A stretch of 34,716 bases of DNA from positions 1 through 34,716 of IMG/VR virus record IMGVR_UViG_3300012808_000019. The stretch is one strand, 5' to 3'. The stretch's first letter is position 1; the number at the start of each line of letters is the position of its first letter. The notes beneath the pieces were generated by a model that saw only the letters and a list, made by a program, of their open reading frames with translations, was not told where the DNA came from and searched no databases. Shown here in pieces: positions 28,317-34,716 of this stretch. Source of the DNA: a virus. Lineage: Duplodnaviria > Caudoviricetes. Both the position numbers and the translations under genes were made by a program.

Positions 28317-28375
28317 TGGAGAAGGGCGGACTCGAACCACCGACCTAACGTTCTAACCAACTGAACTACTTCCCC
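28317..28375 (-). ncRNA. tRNA-like element C (anticodon arm deleted)
   Basis: GGGGAAG TA GTTC AGTTGGTTA GAAC GTT AGGTC GGTGG TTCGAGT CCGCC CTTCTCC A; 59 nt. Confidence 0.8.
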
Positions 28376-28442
28376 AAATGTACCGCGGGAAACGGGGAGG
28401 ATCCCGCGGGTACCAAACCAATTATTAACCTAAATTATGAAG

Positions 28443-28560
28443 TGGAAAGAGCAGGATTCGAACCTGCACGTTAAGACCCTTTGTTTCAACCGCACGCTCA
28501 TCATCGCGGTGTATTACTTAACTTTTCCTACTTAGCGTCTACCAATTCCGCCATCTTTCC
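28443..28560 (-). ncRNA. tRNA-like element D (Leu-type scaffold, anticodon/variable region replaced)
   Basis: GGAAAGA/TCTTTCC-A; D arm GGCGGAATTGGTAGACGC; GCAGG-TTCGAAT-CCTGC; ~65-nt insert with GTTAAG/CTTAAC and ACCGC/GCGGT stems. Confidence 0.75.
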
Positions 28561-28735
28561 AATTGGCATACTATTACAGATTTCAAAGCCGAATACCTCA
28601 AGGGTCTTACATCGGAACGTTCTTCACGTTGTGGTATGCCAGCACTTTAGAATGTCAAAGAAAAGACGGATGTCCAACCGACTACGTGTCGCTAATCTTC
28701 TCGAACTTGGACTGTCTTGATGTCTTTCGATAGTT

Positions 28736-28766
28736 CAAAGGTAGAAAACTGTTTTTATATATGCAA
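28736..28766 (-). promoter_or_regulatory. Bacteroidetes sigma-A promoter upstream of the RNA array
   Basis: Minus strand TTG-N20-TACCTTTG just downstream of the portal stop. Confidence 0.65.
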
Positions 28767-28796
28767 GAAAAACTATATAATTATTATACTTTTCAG

Positions 28797-30299
28797 TTAT
28801 ATTTTTGGTTCCGAGTCTGCCTTTGCTTCTTTAGCCATCTGTAGATCCTGTTTCGCTTCCGCAAGGATCTGCTCTAGCTCTGCCTCTACGTCTGAAACTT
28901 CGCCAAGCATCGTCATAGCTGTCTTGCGGCTGAGAAGCTTTGATGTTACCATTTTGGACACATCGCCGATCAGTTCTGTCTTATTGACTGGCAGCGCATC
29001 TTTAAACTTGATGGATGGCAATAGGCTGTCCATGTCGTCGAACTCCGCAGGAGAGAAGCTGATCAGCATCTTTTTGATCACGTTCAGGCGGCGAACAAGC
29101 ATTTCCTTTAAACGCTTTTGGTTCTTGTTGCCCTTCAATTGTGGCCCCATGAAAAGGAGACGGAGTGCGATGCCGCTGGTCCCGTTGCTCATGAGCTGTG
29201 ACATAGTGTTGAAACTAATGTCCGGCGTGTTAGTGATATCGAATTGCTCTTGTTTAAGCTTATCGAACTCCATTTTCTTAGAATCGACCATAGCATCCGG
29301 CTGGGCAAAGGAAACGCTACCACGTCCGCCGTTCTCGCCTTTAACCTGCATAACTTTTGCGACTTCGCCTTTGGACGGGAGGCTCTCCGCTTCGCCTTCA
29401 ACCACCATTGTAGGATCACCGTAGTAGTCGTTCGTATCGGCAAGGTTCGAAACGTTGTTTTCCTCTCGGTCGGCGAGCGGCTGGATGTTAGCCCACTCTG
29501 GACGCTTTTGGGAGTGGTAAATTATCGGAAGAAAGCCGTAGCCGGGTTTCTCTTCGGTTGTCCAGTCAGCGCCATCTACTTGACTACCTAGCAAAATAGT
29601 GTCAGCTGTATAAAAGTCGAAATGCAGCGTTTTGATATCAGTAATGGGGTTGACCGTCTGATATCTCCGACCGAAAGCGATAAGCCCATCATGTTCATCC
29701 CATACAGGGAAGATGTCATCACCGTTTTCTTTGCAAAGGAGCATCATGCCCGGGCGGCGCTCGCTACCTTCGAGCGGGGTGCCCTTCCAGTAATCTGCAT
29801 CAAGAAAGTCGTACCACAGCTCCGCACAGTGCGTTTCGATCATGCGGCGCTCGACGATATCCTCTGTTTTGTAGGAAAGCTTATTGTCGGTCCATACTTT
29901 CTTGATTAGGTCAAAGAAAGCCGTCTCGCTTTCCTCTTCACTATTAAAATCGATCGTAATGTCGGAGCCGCACTCAAAGAATACAGCTGATTGTACGATC
30001 TGCTGTTGGCGCGCGAGCTGCAGGCGGTTTACCTCGACTTCTTCATAGGATGTGCTTACCTTGGTATCCTTATTCTCGGACACGGCGTTTTCGTATTCTT
30101 CTCCCTCGAACTCAAGCTTTCGGTTCTCGCGAATGGCCGGATCGTTCACGTCATGCAAGAACGGATCATACTGGCGCATGGCCTGCTCAACGGTCATTGT
30201 TTTGGTTCCAAGCTTAATTACTCGTTGGCCTTTGCTTATAACTTCGTAAAGCTTGGCGTAATCGCCTGATAATAATAGTTGTAGTTGTTCAACTGTCAT
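28797..30299 (-). CDS. Portal protein (SPP1 gp6-like)
   Basis: 500 aa after TerL; ADTNDYYGDP, TPDISF, TSGIALRLLF, SRKTA motifs. Confidence 0.9.
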   Translation of the reverse strand: MTVEQLQLLLSGDYAKLYEVISKGQRVIKLGTKTMTVEQAMRQYDPFLHDVNDPAIRENRKLEFEGEEYENAVSENKDTKVSTSYEEVEVNRLQLARQQQIVQSAVFFECGSDITIDFNSEEESETAFFDLIKKVWTDNKLSYKTEDIVERRMIETHCAELWYDFLDADYWKGTPLEGSERRPGMMLLCKENGDDIFPVWDEHDGLIAFGRRYQTVNPITDIKTLHFDFYTADTILLGSQVDGADWTTEEKPGYGFLPIIYHSQKRPEWANIQPLADREENNVSNLADTNDYYGDPTMVVEGEAESLPSKGEVAKVMQVKGENGGRGSVSFAQPDAMVDSKKMEFDKLKQEQFDITNTPDISFNTMSQLMSNGTSGIALRLLFMGPQLKGNKNQKRLKEMLVRRLNVIKKMLISFSPAEFDDMDSLLPSIKFKDALPVNKTELIGDVSKMVTSKLLSRKTAMTMLGEVSDVEAELEQILAEAKQDLQMAKEAKADSEPKI

Positions 30300-31723
30300 C
30301 TTCTTACCCTCCTTTTAGGTGATCTTGCGGCCTGAGCCGCCATTTTAGTTTTTTGTTTGGCGTTAGGATCGTTCTTCGTCAAGAAATCGAACGCGTAACG
30401 TATTGCATCAATTGAGTGATTCCATTTATCAATGGGGATACCTGCTTTTTTATCATTCCAGATGTAGTTTTTCAGCTCCGTGCGAACGTTGCGGCTCCGC
30501 GGTGTGTACACGATGGTGTAATCGGCCATCTTAAGCAGCGACGCATTTACAGAGCCGGGAGCCTTCCAGCATTCGACAATGTTTACTTTGCCTTTCTTGA
30601 TGTCCGCTATCAATCGATCCTCCGCGCTATCGCCCACAATCAAATCGTTCGGCAGCTTAATGCGGGATTTGTTCAGCTCGATGATATCGTTTGTGCCCAG
30701 GTGCTTCGTGTCGTAGTATTCCTCATCGACGTGGATAAGCATCTTTTTACGATCCACAGCCACACGTATGAGCGTATCCGGATCGACAGAGAAACCGTAA
30801 TCCTGACCGTAACAGTAGGGCAGGTACTCGTTAAAATCGCCCTCCATGGTCTTCGGAAGAATAACGCCCTCTTTGATATCCGCCCACCGGCCAATGACAA
30901 CATTGGCGTACTTCGTCATTTGGAACTTGGAACGGTCGAAAACGCCCTGTGCATCCGTTGCCTGCGCGATTGACTCTTGCTTGATCTGTTCGATGCGCTC
31001 TAAGAAGTTATCGGACAGGTTCTCTATGTTGTCTAGATAGCTTGTGTGGATGTGCAGCACATTCGGGTGCGTCGATATCTGGACATCAACGCCGTCAATC
31101 GTCACGACCTTATGAGTGTCCTTGATGTACTGTTCATAGACGAAATGGGAGTCGTCCGTCGGGTTCATGATCAGGATGATCCTGTTCTGAATGCCCTTTT
31201 GACGGATGGAAAGCATCAGCTTCTCATAACTGTCGAAGTCGGTCCATTCCTCCATCTCATCGCCAACAAACGTTGTAAGGCCTTGGATTGACTTTAGCTT
31301 CGCTGTTTGGTTGCCGGATCCTGTCTTGATACCTCGGAACATGATCGGCACGCCCGAGCGTTTATTGATGATGTTGTTCTTATTGACCTTGAAGTGCTTC
31401 GCTGTGCCCTCTAGGTCGATCTTCTGCTGAAACTCCGGAATAACAGAGTCGCCAGCCGATGACATCGTATAACGGGAGAAGAGGATGCTATGACCCTGCT
31501 GAAAACTCAATCTTTCAAGGAACAATGAGCCGTTGAAGGATTTACCCGATCCACGGCCGCCCGTGATCAAAATGATAAACTTCTCCTTATCCGTGTACAA
31601 CGGAAGGTAAGGAGTAGCAATTTTGATCTTAGGCTTAGGTTTTGTGCGCTTAATGCCGCGAGAACTAGCCGTCGATATCTTCCTGTTCGGTACTAGTTTC
31701 TTCCTGTTCGCCGGTATTAGCAT
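30296..31723 (-). CDS. terL: Terminase large subunit (PBSX-type)
   Basis: ITGGRGSGKS Walker A, DEMEE Walker B, MNP, GQDYGFSVDP, NHSIDAIRY; true start may be slightly downstream. Confidence 0.95.
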   Translation of the reverse strand: MLIPANRKKLVPNRKISTASSRGIKRTKPKPKIKIATPYLPLYTDKEKFIILITGGRGSGKSFNGSLFLERLSFQQGHSILFSRYTMSSAGDSVIPEFQQKIDLEGTAKHFKVNKNNIINKRSGVPIMFRGIKTGSGNQTAKLKSIQGLTTFVGDEMEEWTDFDSYEKLMLSIRQKGIQNRIILIMNPTDDSHFVYEQYIKDTHKVVTIDGVDVQISTHPNVLHIHTSYLDNIENLSDNFLERIEQIKQESIAQATDAQGVFDRSKFQMTKYANVVIGRWADIKEGVILPKTMEGDFNEYLPYCYGQDYGFSVDPDTLIRVAVDRKKMLIHVDEEYYDTKHLGTNDIIELNKSRIKLPNDLIVGDSAEDRLIADIKKGKVNIVECWKAPGSVNASLLKMADYTIVYTPRSRNVRTELKNYIWNDKKAGIPIDKWNHSIDAIRYAFDFLTKNDPNAKQKTKMAAQAARSPKRRVRR

Positions 31724-32201
31724 CTAACCACGATTCTATCTCAATACTTCCACTCATGTGGATATCCTGCTCCATTTGCATTTTAGTGGCTATATTCCAC
31801 ACCTCAGGCTTTTTATGCTTAAGCCATGCCATAGCAGCGCCAGTGTCGGGCGGCAACTCGGTTTCCGTTTCCTGCACTATTTGGACATTGTGAAATTCTC
31901 CTTTATCATCCTCGTAGACATCCCATTTTCGAACTGTCGTTTTAACTTTAAGACCTGTAGCCCTCTTAAATAGCGCATTCTCGACAAGTACCTCCAACGG
32001 CTGCCGCCCCTTTTTTAGGGCTTGTGTTAATTGGGGAAACTGACTCTTTACTTTGCAAAACCAAGTCGGATCAAGATCAAGCATTTCAGCTATTTGCTTA
32101 TCATCATAGCCATCTCTCGCCCAACCTTCAATCTGAAGGATGAACATAGGATCATCATACTCATGCTTTGGCTTTCTGCCGCCTTTGTTTCCTTTTGACA
32201 T
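31665..32201 (-). CDS. terS: Terminase small subunit
   Basis: IEGWARDG.DDKQIA HTH, VENALFKRATG, PPDTGAAMAWLK. Confidence 0.85.
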   Translation of the reverse strand: MSKGNKGGRKPKHEYDDPMFILQIEGWARDGYDDKQIAEMLDLDPTWFCKVKSQFPQLTQALKKGRQPLEVLVENALFKRATGLKVKTTVRKWDVYEDDKGEFHNVQIVQETETELPPDTGAAMAWLKHKKPEVWNIATKMQMEQDIHMSGSIEIESWLDANTGEQEETSTEQEDIDG

Positions 32202-32204
32202 ATA

Positions 32205-32447
32205 TTATTTGTAAAGCACGTTATATACAAGTTCTTTCATCTTGCGGTATGGAATTGTTGTGATAAACCCGGTCCCGTTAGTATGTATCTCAGTCATTTC
32301 ACGTCCGTCAGCCTCATAAGGGCTGATTGCCGCGATGCTATAAAAAGTCATCATTCGCGTGTTGTCATAGTCTTGCTGAGTTTTTATGCCAAGATCATGG
32401 AGTTGACAATCTTCTTTCTCTATCCAAAGTATTGGTAGCTCTATCAT
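32205..32447 (-). CDS. Hypothetical protein
   Basis: 80 aa ORF ending 3 nt before TerS. Confidence 0.65.
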   Translation of the reverse strand: MIELPILWIEKEDCQLHDLGIKTQQDYDNTRMMTFYSIAAISPYEADGREMTEIHTNGTGFITTIPYRKMKELVYNVLYK

Positions 32448-32544
32448 AATGTATTTAATTATATCTTTTACGGGTTCAAATTAATGCAAACCCAAATCCT
32501 TCGCATATAATTGTTATAACTTTCGATTATATAACAAAGCGTGA

Positions 32545-33234
32545 TCAAGCGTTAAACAGCCTTTCTGCAACCTCTTCGCCTTTCACGATCTTCTCATATA
32601 GATCTTTTCCCATGGCCTCCATGAACTCAGCTTTGTTCTGGAAGGAATCGAAAGACAGAAGTAGGACCGGCTCACCTTCCCAACGTTCGTCCACCTCATT
32701 GCTGAACTTATCCTTTTTGGCTTTTATATCTTCCTTGCTGGATGGCGGTGTCGGTGGCGTTAGCTTTGATGCTTTCTCCATGATGTCTGTAAAATCTACT
32801 GACGGCGATTCGAGCTGCAGCATTGTTAGGTCGATATCATCCAGTCCGGCTAGGATAGGGTCAATATCGCCGATAATGTCGGCCATTAGATCGGCGTCGA
32901 ACTCACCCTGTACTGACTTGGAGTTGAGGAAGATGTTTTGTTCCTTTTCCTCTTTGTCGTTTAGGTTTACTTTCTCGACGGTGATGTCATAGTCTTTTTT
33001 CGGGTAGCCGTTGATCTCATCTAGGATAGATACGCGCTGGTGCCCACTTACGAGGTTTCCAGATAGCTCATTCCAAACGATGCCGCCCATGATACCTACG
33101 CGTTTGATATTGGCTTTTAGCTTTTTTCTTGCATCGGCGGATAGCTTACGTGGATTGTAATCGGCTAGCGTGATCTGTGACCGCGGTACGGTGATCGATT
33201 CCGATGACTTATGCTTGTTCGTACTCATATTCAA
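32545..33234 (-). CDS. ParB/Srx-like N-terminal domain protein
   Basis: ADYNPRK...IVWN...LVSGHQRV. Confidence 0.85.
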   Translation of the reverse strand: MNMSTNKHKSSESITVPRSQITLADYNPRKLSADARKKLKANIKRVGIMGGIVWNELSGNLVSGHQRVSILDEINGYPKKDYDITVEKVNLNDKEEKEQNIFLNSKSVQGEFDADLMADIIGDIDPILAGLDDIDLTMLQLESPSVDFTDIMEKASKLTPPTPPSSKEDIKAKKDKFSNEVDERWEGEPVLLLSFDSFQNKAEFMEAMGKDLYEKIVKGEEVAERLFNA

Positions 33235-33895
33235 AAATTATGGTTTCAGCTTCGGGAAATTCTTTCAATACTTTAGTGTAATCGCCTGGTGAATGCTTGC
33301 GGCACCAAAGCAGGAAATTAAGATCAGCTGGTGATACGCCTTGCGATTGGTGCTTAGGATCGTAGATTGTTGGCCGAGGGAGCCGCATTTTGTCAATGTA
33401 AGCAAGAACATGCTTGTTGGTCCATCCCTCTATAGGGTAGACGTTCTTTGTTTTTGCGTTATAACCCGGCGTTCCGACCTTATCCAATCCCATCATCATA
33501 AGGCGGCGCTGTAGGCCGTCTGTACGCTTAAACCCGAAGCATGCCCATTCAATGCCCGTTCCGGCTTTTACATCCTGTCCGATCTGCGCCAGCGTTCGCC
33601 GCTTCAGCTTTTCGTGTCCAACATACCCTAGATATCCATTCTTTTGATAGCCATATAGCGCGAAGTGCGGGCGCTCAATAAATTCAATGTTGTGGTACCG
33701 GCTTTGGTGCACGCGCTTGAAAGCTTCTATATGAGCAAGGTCTTTGACCGTATATAGGTAAACGCTTACCACTCGATCAAAGACCTTGGAACACATATCT
33801 GTTAGCAATATAGAATCCTTCCCGTTCAATGAGCTGAACAGGATAATTTGGCTAGACTGCTGTCTAACTTGATTCAATATTTCTAAAGGCGTCAT
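33209..33895 (-). CDS. PAPS-reductase-like (PP-loop) protein
   Basis: FSSLNGKDS PP-loop variant; GFKRTDGLQRR; YPIEGWT. Confidence 0.75.
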   Translation of the reverse strand: MTPLEILNQVRQQSSQIILFSSLNGKDSILLTDMCSKVFDRVVSVYLYTVKDLAHIEAFKRVHQSRYHNIEFIERPHFALYGYQKNGYLGYVGHEKLKRRTLAQIGQDVKAGTGIEWACFGFKRTDGLQRRLMMMGLDKVGTPGYNAKTKNVYPIEGWTNKHVLAYIDKMRLPRPTIYDPKHQSQGVSPADLNFLLWCRKHSPGDYTKVLKEFPEAETIIFEYEYEQA

Positions 33896-34047
33896 TATCG
33901 GGTTACTCTACGAATTCCGGTTGGTTGACGCATGTCACGGCGCGCAGCCGTATTTACTGGTGTAACGGTTCTTACACCGCTGTTTGATGTGCTGATCCTG
34001 TATCGAGGCCGGGCACTTCTTCTTCTTTGCTCTGCTGTTTCTGCCAT
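33895..34047 (-). CDS. Small Arg-rich peptide (50 aa)
   Basis: MAETAEQRRRSARPRYRISTSNSGVRTVTPVNTAARRDMRQPTGIRRVTR; TAATG coupling to the next gene; not in the ORF track. Confidence 0.7.
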   Translation of the reverse strand: MAETAEQRRRSARPRYRISTSNSGVRTVTPVNTAARRDMRQPTGIRRVTR

Positions 34048-34060
34048 AAGTTATAAAGTA

Positions 34061-34393
34061 TTAGAAATTCCTTTCCAATACCTTACCAAGCTCTAGGACA
34101 AAACATTCATCACCCTTTTCAAATCCTTCTGGAATTTCGTGCTGAAATTCGACGATATAAATATCTTTCAACTCAATCAATGCGGTCTTACGGGCCTTAT
34201 GATACCCAACGGCCAAGATAATCTTGTCGATTGGTTTTCGGAACTCGTATTCGCCGTCTTTGTTCTTATCAAAGAACATTTTGAAATAATGGTCGCTCAG
34301 ACTTCGATACTCTTCGGGCTTATTGCCGGATAGGATATCATTGAAATGCACTTCCTTAATGATCAGAACGGGTGTCTTTTGTGTTTTACTCAT
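34061..34393 (-). CDS. ASCH/PUA-like domain protein
   Basis: LIIKEVHFNDILSGNKPEEYR motif. Confidence 0.8.
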   Translation of the reverse strand: MSKTQKTPVLIIKEVHFNDILSGNKPEEYRSLSDHYFKMFFDKNKDGEYEFRKPIDKIILAVGYHKARKTALIELKDIYIVEFQHEIPEGFEKGDECFVLELGKVLERNF

Positions 34394-34551
34394 AAAAAGC
34401 TAGTAAGGCTTTGAAGTATCAAAAATACCCCAAAGCCATGTTTAAAGCTACTGCTTGACAGATTAATAATGTCCCGAAATATTTTGAAGCCTTATTTGCT
34501 ATCTATAGTTTAATTGTAGATATCATGCTTCTTTATATTATCGCGATGCAA

Positions 34552-34716
34552 TTAGAAATCTGTAGTCCAGTTATCACCTTCCTTTATCTTTTCCCAATCT
34601 TTCCGAGAAATCCATTCGCTTTTTCCGTCACGATATTCAACCAATACCTTCTTTGCGCCATAACCAATCATTGTAGCTACTACTTCGATGTGGTCCATTT
34701 GAAATTTACTGCTCAT
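34552..34716 (-). CDS. Small hypothetical protein (54 aa)
   Basis: MSSKFQMDHIEVVATMIGYGAKKVLVEYRDGKSEWISRKDWEKIKEGDNWTTDF; starts at the window edge. Confidence 0.5.
   Translation of the reverse strand: MSSKFQMDHIEVVATMIGYGAKKVLVEYRDGKSEWISRKDWEKIKEGDNWTTDF

Noticed and set aside
27767-28720. Plus-strand ORFs 27767-27955, 28027-28209 and 28481-28720
   Set aside because: Non-ATG starts; their peptide motifs (GGNRT, SRNRT) are simply antisense translations of T-arms; better explained by the minus-strand RNA array.
27755-28766. CRISPR array
   Set aside because: No identical direct repeats with regular spacers; the repeated features are structural, and no cas genes are present.
28717-29424. 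235-aa plus-strand ORF
   Set aside because: Antisense shadow of the portal gene, Ser-rich, no motif.

Overview
The window is the late (virion) region of a siphovirus-like prophage from a Bacteroidetes host. The host assignment rests on TTG-N19/20-TAnnTTTG promoters and AT-rich ATG leaders. The minus strand reads: ASCH, Arg-rich peptide, PAPS-reductase-like and ParB-like genes; TerS, TerL, portal; then scaffold, decoration, major capsid, head-tail joining, major tail, G/GT chaperones, tape measure, distal tail, tail hub, an SGNH-esterase tail protein, amidase-SH3 endolysin, two small membrane proteins and a u-spanin-like lipoprotein. Two accessory zones exist: 1-4500 beyond the lysis genes, and a ~6.4 kb insert between portal and scaffold. 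The most striking feature is in that insert. A promoter at ~28740 precedes ~1 kb of highly structured non-coding sequence containing four tRNA-like elements. All four keep paired acceptor stems and TTCGA T-arms (three also keep D-arms), but their anticodon arms are deleted or replaced. They alternate with other structured RNA modules and a thrice-repeated hairpin motif. The array is followed by a lipoprotein, a membrane peptide and an intact tRNA-Trp. It converges on a DUF3800 gene with its own candidate structured ncRNA. All calls are by eye from sequence and motifs; no searches or folding programs were run.
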